Positions 53,153 through 63,298 of a stretch of 64,000 bases of DNA are shown piece by piece (position 1 is the first letter of the stretch; each line of letters starts with the position of its first letter). Both the position numbers and the translations under genes were made by a program. The DNA is from a virus. The DNA lies in UHGV virus genome UHGV-0076294; one strand, given 5' to 3'. Below the pieces are notes generated by a model, which searched no databases, was not told where the DNA came from, and worked only from the letters and a program-made list of their open reading frames with translations.

Positions 53153-54058
53153 ATGGCACTCAAAAACGCTTACAACGGCACTCCCTTTAATACCATAGAC
53201 CTTACCCGCTTACACGCGGACTTGGAATTGGCTCGTAAGGTTAACCAAACTGTTGCTCAGTCTGAAGAAGTCCATTACGTTATCGAAACAGCCGATGTAA
53301 AACCGTTCCCGTTACCTATCGTCATTGGTGATGACGTGTACGTTGACGCACGAACTTTTACGACGCTCGATAAAAACGGCGAGTTAAAAATTCGTAACCC
53401 CATTGAGCACCAATTACGTCTAGACGAAGCACGTTGGGAATTAGTGTGGAAACGGAACAATGATAAGCTCGGTGCGTTGATGGCCCGAATGTCTTATCAC
53501 CATGAGATCTTCAGCAGGTGGATTAGCGATGCGATTGAACACACCTATGCACTTGCTCCATATCAAAGCGGTCAAGTCAAGGCACTCGCAGCGCTGTTTT
53601 CCGTAGGACAGTTCTATAACAACTTCGAAGATGAAGTAAAAATGCTGCGTATGCAGCAGCAGTTGGAACGTGAACTGCGACTCTCGCCGCAGTTTTTCGA
53701 AACCGTCACCGGTAATACCGAGTTTCTGTTCCCGCGTAATATCGGTGAATTCGTTGAGATGGTTAAAGCAGCGGGTATCCCGCGTCTTAATGAACTGAGC
53801 GTGGTTAGCTTGCAGTCAATGCTGGCGACCAGCTTAGGCAGCTACATCAGCTACGACCGCCAGTTGGTAACGAGCGCCATCGAATATCCGCCATCACTGT
53901 TTGTGATTGTCCGCACCTGTTTAGAAAACTCGGTGTTCAACCGTTCACGTTTGGGTGGGCTGATTAAGAAATGTGACGTGGCAAAACGTAAAGATGCGTT
54001 TACTATCGCTTACGATACATTACTGAACCAGAATACCAAACCCTTAAATATCCAGTAA
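53153..54058 (+). CDS. hypothetical protein, possible virion/tail protein (position-based)
   Basis: 301-aa ORF divergent from the sheath-like gene. Confidence 0.7.
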   Translation: MALKNAYNGTPFNTIDLTRLHADLELARKVNQTVAQSEEVHYVIETADVKPFPLPIVIGDDVYVDARTFTTLDKNGELKIRNPIEHQLRLDEARWELVWKRNNDKLGALMARMSYHHEIFSRWISDAIEHTYALAPYQSGQVKALAALFSVGQFYNNFEDEVKMLRMQQQLERELRLSPQFFETVTGNTEFLFPRNIGEFVEMVKAAGIPRLNELSVVSLQSMLATSLGSYISYDRQLVTSAIEYPPSLFVIVRTCLENSVFNRSRLGGLIKKCDVAKRKDAFTIAYDTLLNQNTKPLNIQ

Positions 54059-54068
54059 GAGGTCCACT

Positions 54069-56585
54069 ATGGAGAACTGGCTGGTCGCCCACGCCATCCA
54101 AAAAGCGTGGCAGCGTCCATATCTCGACGGGGTGTTGAACATTGCACCCTTCCGTCTTTCACCCAAGACCGGGGCGATCGGCTTTTTCAAACACGGTCGG
54201 ACACCGGTAGCGCTACCGAAAGAAAATACCTGGTGGCACGCATTCGTTATTGATAAACTTCACGTAAACTGGGGGAACTTAGCCATTCCCCTAAACCGCT
54301 GGAAGAAACTTTCAACGTGTGTGAACGGCTTCAGTACCTGGATGCTGGTCTACAACGAGAACGGAGTTTCGATCCCCTCTGAGTATGTCTACTTTTACCG
54401 CACCAGCACTGGGATGGTTTACATGGCTATCCCACAATCCGATCGCTATAGCTGGTTAGAAGAAGACATCTGCTACCTGCGAATTTATCCGGGTTACAGT
54501 GGGGGTGAAAACGCGCCGTACATTAACCCAACCACCGTTGAGTATTTCTCACCGCCCAACCGCGAACAGGTTCAGAGAGTCGTCGATCGGTATAACCTAC
54601 TTAAGCAACAGAATAAAGGTTACGTTGAGTTCTGGTTAAACGGTGAATTAATCGACTCACCGAAAACGCAAGACATTAAAGTCTGGGACGATATCGACAT
54701 TCGTGTTGATGGACGTGTACGCCGCATCGTTGAATTCCGTTGTGGTGACTTACCGACGTTTATGTCTACGCTCGACAGCAAGCGTAAGTATTTGCTCCAC
54801 ATTCCGAAAAAAGACGGGATTTGGATTTTCAACAACGACGCCGAAATTCAGCTGTTCTGGAAAGGTCGCGGTCGTTATTACCACCGTCATCGTCACCAGG
54901 CGATGCGTCAGCTAACGTGGAACGATTTGGCTATCCCAACTGAACGCATTGCGAAATACCGTAACGTCTTTAACGAGTCTATCACCGATTTAGATGAACT
55001 GGTCATTCGTCTTATTATCCGTGACGACTATCTGGACATTACGCCGCTGTATAACTCGTCCCACGTCCACGATTTGTATCGTCTCACCGACGAACTGATT
55101 ATCGACGCGATGATTGGCGCTAACGCCAACGTAACGGAGTGGCAAGCGGCTAACTTAGAACAAGCTGCGTTTAACCGTTTGGCTGCGGCTAAGCTGGAAA
55201 ACATTAACCGTGACTTGTGTACTGACGCTTACGGTTATAACGCCGTTACGCGTTACGCAGCTGACACACCGCAGCGCCTGACCTTAACCGAAGGTGGTTA
55301 TCGTGCAACGCTCCCTGCGTTACTGGCGGTTAACTCCACCGTATACGAATACGACGGTGATGGTTTACTGTTAGAGGCGCATCAAAACACGGGCTACGAT
55401 GTTTACCAAGCTCGCAATACCAACGCTCGCATTATCGAAGCGATTGCGGGGACAAAAGACGACGCGGTGACCATTGTCGATAACGCTGACGACTTCGTGA
55501 TTAACGAAGGTGAAAACGTTAACCTCTGGTTACGTAAAGTCATTGACGATATTCCTCGTGACGAGTATATCGAAGCGGTAGAAGGGACGGACTACGAACG
55601 GGACGGGAACAAGATTACCTGGTCGGTAGACAGAACGCGTCGTCATCCAACGGTGATTTACGACGATCGTCATTTGTTCTTCGAAACCACCGTTGCGGTG
55701 CGGGAAGGGGAAATCCGTATTCCGATTATGGCACGTAACCAGGAAGGGAATCAGCGTACGCTGTGGATTCCGATGGAAACCGTTGAAGTGTGGTTAAATG
55801 GCCACCCGCTGGTACACGGCATTGACTACCACGTTATTTGGCCTGAAATCGTGGTGGTGTGTAAGTCCTGGGTAAGTGACGATGAAGACAACCACATCGC
55901 CGTAAGGTGTCGTGGGGTAACGGGGACACTGCGTATACCGAAACACGGGTTTGTCTCCAGCGGCTTACTGTCTAACAACAGTCAGTTCGATTGTCGTGAT
56001 GACAAAGTCATTCGTGTTGTGGCTGGCGGCTCTTTACTGCTGCGCGATGAAGTGGTGTTCCGTGAGGACAACACCGTTGGGGTCAATATCGTTGACGATG
56101 GTTATCCGTATTCAGTTGATGACCCGACCATTCCGTTACGGACGATGGTTACCGGTGACACCTACGAGCTGCGTGACGTTGCCCGGGACCTGGACACGCG
56201 TGTTGAGAATTACATGACACACTGGTTCCCAACACCACCGCCTGAAAACCCGGTACCGCTACCGCACTTATACCACCTGTATTCGCCGACACTGAACAAA
56301 ATCATGTGGGATTACCTAAACGGTATTTTAATCCTGCGAGAAGACGATCCTGACTACCGTATCTCAACGACTCAGTTGGATGAGATCATGGAACGTTACA
56401 AAGATCTGCTTCCCTTCGACCCGGCGTATATCGGCTACGATAAAGCGTTCGTCAAACTCCACCCACACGTCAAATACGAGACGGTGGAAATCAACGAACT
56501 CGGTTTTGCGTTCTTAGACCGCGTAAACGAACGGTACCTGAACGGTGAAGTTCAGCTGAACCAGTATCTGAAAATCAAGGGTTAA
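54069..56585 (+). CDS. hypothetical protein, possible virion/tail protein (position-based)
   Basis: 838-aa ORF, SD AAGAGG. Confidence 0.75.
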   Translation: MENWLVAHAIQKAWQRPYLDGVLNIAPFRLSPKTGAIGFFKHGRTPVALPKENTWWHAFVIDKLHVNWGNLAIPLNRWKKLSTCVNGFSTWMLVYNENGVSIPSEYVYFYRTSTGMVYMAIPQSDRYSWLEEDICYLRIYPGYSGGENAPYINPTTVEYFSPPNREQVQRVVDRYNLLKQQNKGYVEFWLNGELIDSPKTQDIKVWDDIDIRVDGRVRRIVEFRCGDLPTFMSTLDSKRKYLLHIPKKDGIWIFNNDAEIQLFWKGRGRYYHRHRHQAMRQLTWNDLAIPTERIAKYRNVFNESITDLDELVIRLIIRDDYLDITPLYNSSHVHDLYRLTDELIIDAMIGANANVTEWQAANLEQAAFNRLAAAKLENINRDLCTDAYGYNAVTRYAADTPQRLTLTEGGYRATLPALLAVNSTVYEYDGDGLLLEAHQNTGYDVYQARNTNARIIEAIAGTKDDAVTIVDNADDFVINEGENVNLWLRKVIDDIPRDEYIEAVEGTDYERDGNKITWSVDRTRRHPTVIYDDRHLFFETTVAVREGEIRIPIMARNQEGNQRTLWIPMETVEVWLNGHPLVHGIDYHVIWPEIVVVCKSWVSDDEDNHIAVRCRGVTGTLRIPKHGFVSSGLLSNNSQFDCRDDKVIRVVAGGSLLLRDEVVFREDNTVGVNIVDDGYPYSVDDPTIPLRTMVTGDTYELRDVARDLDTRVENYMTHWFPTPPPENPVPLPHLYHLYSPTLNKIMWDYLNGILILREDDPDYRISTTQLDEIMERYKDLLPFDPAYIGYDKAFVKLHPHVKYETVEINELGFAFLDRVNERYLNGEVQLNQYLKIKG

Positions 56586-56587
56586 TC

Positions 56588-58228
56588 ATGGCCTTAACAA
56601 CTGACATTATCAACAAGGATCGCGGTTTCCGTGTATGGCGTCCTGAGGAGCTTTACGCGGCGGAACGACCTACCGGTTACGTACCGAACCCGAAAGATCT
56701 GATCGTTAACGATATCACCTCTGGTTTTGATATCGTCGTAAGCGTTAACTACGCGAAACCCTCGTGGGAAACTGAACCGTGGGGTGGGGTGGGTGTTGCC
56801 AACCAGGACGGACGTCTGAACGGTCACTACCCGTTACGAAGTGACAAATACCGTGTCTACGTGGACAGTTCAAAACTGCCTGCAACGATGGTCTTGGATA
56901 ACGCGTTGACGTTTGAAGGGCCTGACGTAGACGGTGTACGTGTCTTCCGTGGGAGCACCGTAGATGACCACGCAGAAATCCTGTCGGGGTATTACAAAGA
57001 CGGTAAACTCAAATACACGTACCTGCCCGTACAGACCATCTCGGTGGAAGGCGCTGAACGTGTTGTTAAACAAACGCTACCTGGTGCGTGTTTAGCCGAC
57101 GTTGAGAACGGTGAAGCGTGTATGTTTGCCGTGTACTCGGACGTAGGTAACGTGGTACAAATCGGCCATGCCCACATCATCAAAACCAACCTGGTGATGG
57201 CACAGGAAACACCGGTTCGTACGGTATTGGGTATTAAGCTGGTTTCTCCGTTCTTGGTGGACAACGACGGTACCACTCTGACACTGCCTATCAACATGCC
57301 TATCGACTCTATTCCGTTGTGGTGTGATGTGATTTACAGTGACGGTACCAAACGTTTACCGATAGACCAGGCTCGTGTGAAATTCAACGGTTTACGCAAC
57401 GCCGGTTCTCACGACACCTTCTACATCGCGTCTAACGCCGGTAACAGTCTCCCTTGCGTACTAAGTTACAAGCTCTCGAAAGGGGAAACCTACGGTGGTA
57501 CGGATATCGTTGGTGACACCATCGTGAAGAACTACACCGCTGTCACCGAACAGGTCGATGGGGCTTACTCCATGAAGCTGTTTGTGGTACCGAGATGGTT
57601 GGATGCTACCCGTGGTTATCGTCTGGACTTCCTGTTGTATAACCTGACGCGTGGTAAGGTTTACGATGCGACAGCACACGTGAACTACACGACGGGCACC
57701 ACGTTTGACCCGCTATTGATGGGTGTGAAGCAGCGTCTAAACGTCCAGGTTGACATCAGCAAGGTAGACAGTAAGTTCCGTGCGTTTATCCAGTCGCAGT
57801 CCTTTGCGATTACACTGGTAAATCCGGGTAACGAACTGAACACCAACTTCATTCTGGAGTATCTGCCTGACGGTGAGAAATACGGTGAAAACGTATGGGC
57901 GGAGTTCAAATACTCCAACGTTAACTACTCGGAAATCGACGTCAGTAACAAAGTCAGCTCGAAAACAGAGTGGCTTAAACTGCTGTACGAACCGATTTAT
58001 CCGTTGTACGATCGCCGTAACGAATCGGAACCGCCTGAACCTACCCATTTCGAAATTCACGTTGGGGGTAAAGTTTACACCTACAGCGTGGACGAGTGGT
58101 TAGATAAGAAAGTTATCGATTACCGCGTCCCGTTAGACGCAGCGCTGGTGATTCGTTGGATTCGTCGTACTCCAACCGATACGCTTAACCTTGCAGCGTC
58201 ACCGATGCTTGCGCATCACATCGAATAA
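56588..58228 (+). CDS. hypothetical protein, possible virion/tail protein (position-based)
   Basis: 546-aa ORF, 2-nt spacer from the upstream gene. Confidence 0.75.
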   Translation: MALTTDIINKDRGFRVWRPEELYAAERPTGYVPNPKDLIVNDITSGFDIVVSVNYAKPSWETEPWGGVGVANQDGRLNGHYPLRSDKYRVYVDSSKLPATMVLDNALTFEGPDVDGVRVFRGSTVDDHAEILSGYYKDGKLKYTYLPVQTISVEGAERVVKQTLPGACLADVENGEACMFAVYSDVGNVVQIGHAHIIKTNLVMAQETPVRTVLGIKLVSPFLVDNDGTTLTLPINMPIDSIPLWCDVIYSDGTKRLPIDQARVKFNGLRNAGSHDTFYIASNAGNSLPCVLSYKLSKGETYGGTDIVGDTIVKNYTAVTEQVDGAYSMKLFVVPRWLDATRGYRLDFLLYNLTRGKVYDATAHVNYTTGTTFDPLLMGVKQRLNVQVDISKVDSKFRAFIQSQSFAITLVNPGNELNTNFILEYLPDGEKYGENVWAEFKYSNVNYSEIDVSNKVSSKTEWLKLLYEPIYPLYDRRNESEPPEPTHFEIHVGGKVYTYSVDEWLDKKVIDYRVPLDAALVIRWIRRTPTDTLNLAASPMLAHHIE

Positions 58229-58238
58229 AAAATAAAAG

Positions 58239-58264
58239 ACCTCCTACCCGCAAGGGTAGGAGGT
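58239..58264 (+). other. hairpin without U-tract just upstream of the terminase SD (ACCTCCTACCC gcaa GGGTAGGAGGT)
   Basis: 11-bp stem. Its 3' arm contains AGGAGG and abuts the TAGGAG SD of terL. Confidence 0.5.
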
Positions 58265-58275
58265 TAGGAGTCTGT

Positions 58276-60384
58276 ATGATACTACGTGAATCGGACTGGC
58301 GTTATTATCCAGGCGCTATTGTTGACGATAAAACAACAAACAAATCCTTTATCAAGTTTGCTAACTTACTGAAAAAATTGGGTGTAAAACACTGGTACAT
58401 TCACCTGGCGTTACATAACCCACTGTTGCAGGGCGTAGACCCGTTCGATGAAAACCTTTCAGAACAGATGAAGGCATACATCGCCATCGAATGTGCTGAG
58501 AACCCGTGGTACTGGTTCAGGGAATGTGTCAGGGTGCCTGCGGACGGTATGAAGTACGGTTCCCCGTTCCGTATCGACCGTGGTAACTTCTCGATGTACT
58601 GGATTTTCTTTAACAACATCGACGTTGCTGTAGAGTTCTTACGTCAGCACGGTAAAACCGTCGGGATGAGTGGCTTACTGCTGTGGTTGATTCGTTTCTT
58701 AGAAAACTCCCGAACAATTCTTATCACAAAAGGCCCGGCACTGCGTGAAGAAACTATCAACAAACTGAAACAACTTCGTAACGGTTTACCGAGTTACCTC
58801 TGGCCAGCGCATCCTGATGACCCAGATAACCGAGAAACCTTTGCGTGTTTAGCCCAGGGTAACAAACTGATTACAGGTATCGGCCAAAACGACCCAGAGT
58901 CCGCTAACGGTATCGGTCGTGGACTTACCGCTGGTCGTCTGTTCTCGGACGAAGGCCCCTTTACCAAAAACGTACACCACATTCTACCGGCAGCCCTGGC
59001 ATCCGGTACAGCGGCACGTCGTATTAACGAAGCGGAAGGTGTTCCTTACGGTAACGTATTCGCAACAACCCCTGGTGACTTAGCGACGGAAGAGGGCAAG
59101 TACATGTACGAGCTGATGACGTCAGGGATTATGTGGGATGAGCGCTATATCGACATTCCAACCCGTAAACAGCTCATTGACATCATCCGTTCTAACTCCA
59201 CGGCAGAAGTACCACGTATCATGTTCTACGTGAAGTACAACCACCGTCAGCTCGGTACCACCGATGAACAGTTAGCGGCAATGATTGCGAACGCCAAAGG
59301 TACCCCTGACCAGATCCGTCGTGACTTCGGTGGGGAATGGACAACCGGTGGTCTGAACAAGCCGTTCTCAGCGGAAGATGCAGATCGTATGAATGCTTCA
59401 CGAATGCGTGCAGTGTTCAAAGATATCTCACCACAAAACTACGTTACCGACTGGTACTACACCGAAGAAGAAATGATGATGAAACTCAAAGATCGTCATG
59501 TCATCGGTTTGGATACCTCCGAAGCCGTAGGTCGTGATGCGATCGCTATGTCCATCGTCAACGCGGTCACGGCCGAGTACGCCGGTAAGCTTACCGTTAA
59601 CGAATCCAACGTTATTTCGTTCGCGATCCATTTAGCGGATTTTATGGTGCGATATCCGAACACGGTACTGATTCTGGAACGACGCTCAACAGGCTCATCC
59701 GTTGCAGATGCGGTTATCCTGCAATTGCAATCACGGGTGTCCGATTTACACCGTCGTTTGTTTGTGCGAATCACCCAGGACTACTCGCGTACGGACGATC
59801 TCTACAAAGAGTATCACCGTGGCCCAGTGGGTAGCGCAGAGAAATTCTGGAATAAATTCCGCAAATACATCGGGTTCTCAACCGACCAGGAGAAACGTCG
59901 TAAACTGTACGGTGAGGTATTCACCACTGCGTTGCGCTTGTCTGCCGATAAACTCCGTTGTGGAGAGCTCATCGACCAAATTCTTAACCTCGTGGAGAAA
60001 AATGGTCGTATCGACCACAAAGCATCTGGTCACGATGACCTTGTGATTTCTTGGTTACTTGCAATGTGGTTATTGCTACTTGGGAATAACTTAGGGCATT
60101 ACGAGATCAACAACAGCCGTTTGATGATGCGTAATCGTAACTTGGCAGAAAACCGGGAAGGGGTGGACGAAGAGTTACAGCTTGAAGAGGAAGCGCGACA
60201 GCAAAAACTGATGGGGGAAATTGAGCAGTTAGTGAGAACGACCCACGGGTTACTCGACCCGGTCCAAGCAATGGCCGCTCGTAACCGACTTCAGGCCCTC
60301 ATCTCTCAACTTAACACTGATACACAAAACGTGGCGTCAATGGAAAGCTTGAGAGAGCTTCTCCAACGCCAGAGGATGAAGTGA
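58276..60384 (+). CDS. terL: terminase large subunit (T4 gp17-like)
   Basis: 702 aa. Walker A LRQHGKTV (cf. gp17 SRQLGKT), Walker B GRLFSDEGPF, nuclease Asp blocks VIGLDTSEAVGRD and SGHDDLVISWLLAMW. Confidence 0.85.
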   Translation: MILRESDWRYYPGAIVDDKTTNKSFIKFANLLKKLGVKHWYIHLALHNPLLQGVDPFDENLSEQMKAYIAIECAENPWYWFRECVRVPADGMKYGSPFRIDRGNFSMYWIFFNNIDVAVEFLRQHGKTVGMSGLLLWLIRFLENSRTILITKGPALREETINKLKQLRNGLPSYLWPAHPDDPDNRETFACLAQGNKLITGIGQNDPESANGIGRGLTAGRLFSDEGPFTKNVHHILPAALASGTAARRINEAEGVPYGNVFATTPGDLATEEGKYMYELMTSGIMWDERYIDIPTRKQLIDIIRSNSTAEVPRIMFYVKYNHRQLGTTDEQLAAMIANAKGTPDQIRRDFGGEWTTGGLNKPFSAEDADRMNASRMRAVFKDISPQNYVTDWYYTEEEMMMKLKDRHVIGLDTSEAVGRDAIAMSIVNAVTAEYAGKLTVNESNVISFAIHLADFMVRYPNTVLILERRSTGSSVADAVILQLQSRVSDLHRRLFVRITQDYSRTDDLYKEYHRGPVGSAEKFWNKFRKYIGFSTDQEKRRKLYGEVFTTALRLSADKLRCGELIDQILNLVEKNGRIDHKASGHDDLVISWLLAMWLLLLGNNLGHYEINNSRLMMRNRNLAENREGVDEELQLEEEARQQKLMGEIEQLVRTTHGLLDPVQAMAARNRLQALISQLNTDTQNVASMESLRELLQRQRMK

Positions 60385-60620
60385 TGGCTCCAATATACTA
60401 TTTGCTCGTGTTCTTTTCGTGGATCGCGACGTACAAAATGATTAGACACAGTTACCAATCGATAGAACGATACGGTGCATCGCACGGTGTGTGTCATCGT
60501 ACGACGCGGTATGCGCAGGCGGTAGCAGTATTCGGATTAATGGTGGCAGGGACATCAGCGACTTACGCTCTAAACTTGGTGTACACTATCCACTTATTAG
60601 CGGTATCCGGGGCCCATTGA
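60384..60620 (+). CDS. small membrane protein (two hydrophobic helices)
   Basis: 78 aa from an ATG overlapping the terminase stop (GTGATGG). Helices YYLLVFFSWIATY and AVAVFGLMVAGTSATYALNLV. Followed by a bidirectional terminator. Confidence 0.5.
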   Translation: MAPIYYLLVFFSWIATYKMIRHSYQSIERYGASHGVCHRTTRYAQAVAVFGLMVAGTSATYALNLVYTIHLLAVSGAH

Positions 60621-60637
60621 AGCCTTTTAAAATAAAC

Positions 60638-60679
60638 TAGCCTGAGACCCACCGGGGTCTCAGGCTAACTCTTTTTTTA
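60638..60679. terminator. bidirectional terminator
   Basis: 13-bp stem TAGCCTGAGACCC accg GGGTCTCAGGCTA, then ACTCTTTTTTT; A-run upstream. Confidence 0.85.
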
Positions 60680-62053
60680 TTTCTGTAACGAACGAATCAG
60701 AAAGTAAAGCAGTAACGCATTACGCAGTGCAGCTAACGCAGACTCGTGACGAATGTGGGTCTCTTTCGCTGCCAGTTTCTCAATGCGAGAACGCAACGAC
60801 AACACATACGGGTTAGGCGATTTCGACGCCTGGTACAACGCACGCATACGCTGTAATACCGTGACCGCATCGTTGAAGTTAATTCGGTTGGTAACGATTT
60901 CGTCAAAAGCGTGAGACAGCGTGTCTTCCATGATGCTGTTAACCTCATCGCGTTTCTTCCCGATAGGGAGTCCTGCGATATACGTCAGCAACGTTTTCAG
61001 TGCCGCAGGTGACGCTTTCGGCACCATCTCCAACACCACACGCGCCAACTCTTCTTTGTACAAATTGTTGATATCGTAAGACGCATCAAACAGGTTCTGT
61101 TTTGCGATTTCCAACGCACCAACTTTGTCACGAATCACCGACTGACCGTCTAACTCCACACGCGCAGACTGGCTGACCACACGAGCGTTCTCACGACGTA
61201 CGCGGTCAAGCACCGCGTAGTAGTCTTTCACGGTTTGTTTCGTACGGGTGTTCAGGTCAGTGATATAACGCAACACCATATCCGGTGCATCAAACCGTTT
61301 TACCGCATCGTAGTTAGGGTATTCCGGGGAGCAGAAATACGTTGCACGTTCTGCCATGTGCAGCCCCCAATTCCCTAAACGACGAATATCGAATTTCATC
61401 GACAGCATCGAGTACGCGGCTTCGGCAGCAGGTAAGTCTACCGGCTTCGGGAAGAAGTGGTAGTAAATACTCGAGTAAAATTTGAACTGAAGAATCGTCA
61501 CCAGGTCGATACCCGCAGCGAGAATCTCTTTGTCACCGAACTTCGGAATCATCAGGTGCAGTAAATACACGATGGTCAGGTTATACGTGTCACCCGCCAC
61601 CTGCCAATCGGTATTGATGGAATGCGACTCTTTAATCAGCTCTGACAGATAGTCTTCGTCGATGTTAATCACCTCATCGAACAGACGGTTACGGTCAGAA
61701 TCGAAAAAACGAATGCTGTGGACACCGAGGAGGTTCGACCCTAACCACTCCACGTTGCCTTCACGAGAGAGTATCCCGCTTACGTAGTGACGCAGCTTAG
61801 ACGCCAACTTGCGGTCAATCACGAGTTTGTTAAACACGCTGTCAAACGCTTTACGTAAACGGTCATCGTGACGGGCTTCGTGGGCGACGGAGAATCCCAT
61901 CGGCACGTAGCCGCCAAAACCGTAGTCGTAGTACAACCCCGGTGAGGTTTCCGCGTTGTCGAAGTACGGGTCGTGACCGAACGATTCCTGAGCAACGCGG
62001 GTTCCGGTGGTTTGATAACAACCGGAGGTAAAATCATAAACCAGTTCAGCCAT
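60677..62053 (-). CDS. hypothetical protein
   Basis: 458-aa ORF, SD GAGG 8 nt upstream. Confidence 0.8.
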   Translation of the reverse strand: MAELVYDFTSGCYQTTGTRVAQESFGHDPYFDNAETSPGLYYDYGFGGYVPMGFSVAHEARHDDRLRKAFDSVFNKLVIDRKLASKLRHYVSGILSREGNVEWLGSNLLGVHSIRFFDSDRNRLFDEVINIDEDYLSELIKESHSINTDWQVAGDTYNLTIVYLLHLMIPKFGDKEILAAGIDLVTILQFKFYSSIYYHFFPKPVDLPAAEAAYSMLSMKFDIRRLGNWGLHMAERATYFCSPEYPNYDAVKRFDAPDMVLRYITDLNTRTKQTVKDYYAVLDRVRRENARVVSQSARVELDGQSVIRDKVGALEIAKQNLFDASYDINNLYKEELARVVLEMVPKASPAALKTLLTYIAGLPIGKKRDEVNSIMEDTLSHAFDEIVTNRINFNDAVTVLQRMRALYQASKSPNPYVLSLRSRIEKLAAKETHIRHESALAALRNALLLYFLIRSLQK

Positions 62054-62075
62054 CAGTGAACCTCGAAATTATTAC

Positions 62076-62099
62076 GGATAGATATTATCCTAGTGAGAG
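62076..62099 (+). promoter_or_regulatory. promoter-like motif, copy 4: GGATAGATATTATCCTAGTGAGAG
   Basis: In a divergent intergenic region, 27 nt upstream of ATG 62126. Confidence 0.45.
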
Positions 62100-62125
62100 T
62101 CTTATTACCTAAAGGAGTTTTTACC

Positions 62126-63250
62126 ATGAGAAATTATCTGCGCAAACCCGCTTGGCACAAGATGTTGCGTGAAGGTACCATCGACCGCGAACAGCAAGTC
62201 AAGATGTGGGTGCTTCCTCACGGCGTAATTTGTGACCTGGTCAGAGTCGGTGGGATGGACATCCTGCGTAACGGTACCTACGACGCCGTCAACTCGTTCT
62301 TAGCACGAGAACTGGCGGAAGCAGGGTTACAAGGTGAGGTGTTATTTTACACCACCCGTGTTATCCCGCAAACATTGTCTAAGTGGTTAACGTACTGGCT
62401 GTCTAGTGACCCTGACGCATCAGACCCCGAACTCAGTTCGGTAACGATTACCACACTAGGCCAGTATCCCACGAAACCCTTACCATTTCAGGTGAACGTT
62501 GTTGAGCCGTTAATCGTAAAAGCCGGTGACGTGTTTGACATGATTAAAGTCAAATCCCGTAACCAAGCCGTTTCCCAGTTTATCATCGAAACGGGTGAAC
62601 ACACATTCCGATTAGAACCTGTCCGTAAAACCGATGCGACGCTGCTGGCCGTAACGGATTACGGAATCGTTTGTCGTTCTTCCGAAGGGCACACCTTCCT
62701 GTGCACGATACTCTCACGACGTATTCAGGCACAGTTAGAACACTACAAACTTTCCCTGGAAGACATCGTCGGTACGACGTTACGTATCGAATACACGATG
62801 TACACGGAAGGGAATCGGTTGTGTAATTACAAGTCCCCTATCGCATACCGAGCGTTAGCGCTGGACAACATGGGAGACTGGGTCTCAACGACATACGAAG
62901 GGCCTTCCCCGTTCAAAACCATCCCAACCCAACGACCGGCGTTGTTGACCGTCACCCGCTGTAACCGTGCCGAGATTTTCGAGGAAGAGGGTGTGATTTC
63001 CGGTTACGAACGTGAAACAGGATTAACGCTTTTCCGCTTCCGACGGGGTGCGGAGTACGGTCGCTATGCTGCCGTGTTCGAACGAGACGGTAAGCAAGAA
63101 ACCTGGCTTTTCGATTCGGATTTCTCCGTTGAGGTGATTGACCCTGAAGGCTTTGTGGCTTCAGTGGGGAGTCAGATTTTCTACGCCACGGGCTACAGCC
63201 TGCTGGACGTAAAACTGCACTACCCTCAGAAAGAACAGGTCTGTCCGTAA
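62126..63250 (+). CDS. hypothetical protein
   Basis: 374 aa from ATG 62126 (SD AAAGGAG 8 nt upstream). The track start GTG 62093 lies inside the promoter-like motif. Confidence 0.8.
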   Translation: MRNYLRKPAWHKMLREGTIDREQQVKMWVLPHGVICDLVRVGGMDILRNGTYDAVNSFLARELAEAGLQGEVLFYTTRVIPQTLSKWLTYWLSSDPDASDPELSSVTITTLGQYPTKPLPFQVNVVEPLIVKAGDVFDMIKVKSRNQAVSQFIIETGEHTFRLEPVRKTDATLLAVTDYGIVCRSSEGHTFLCTILSRRIQAQLEHYKLSLEDIVGTTLRIEYTMYTEGNRLCNYKSPIAYRALALDNMGDWVSTTYEGPSPFKTIPTQRPALLTVTRCNRAEIFEEEGVISGYERETGLTLFRFRRGAEYGRYAAVFERDGKQETWLFDSDFSVEVIDPEGFVASVGSQIFYATGYSLLDVKLHYPQKEQVCP

Positions 63251-63258
63251 AAAATTAT

Positions 63259-63298
63259 CGGGTGGCTTCGGCCACCTGTTTTTTTTTATTTTTTTTTG
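63259..63298. terminator. bidirectional terminator
   Basis: CGGGTGGC ttcg GCCACCTG followed by T9AT9; AAAAAA on the 5' side serves the opposite direction. Confidence 0.8.

Noticed and set aside
62093-62125. GTG start for the 385-aa version of the last gene
   Set aside because: The GTG lies inside the promoter-like motif and has no SD. ATG 62126 has AAAGGAG at ideal spacing.
201-62125. Recurrent ACCTAAAGGAG / TTAGGAG upstream of many starts as a regulatory motif
   Set aside because: It always ends 5-9 nt before the ATG and contains AAGGAG. It is explained as a strong extended Shine-Dalgarno context.
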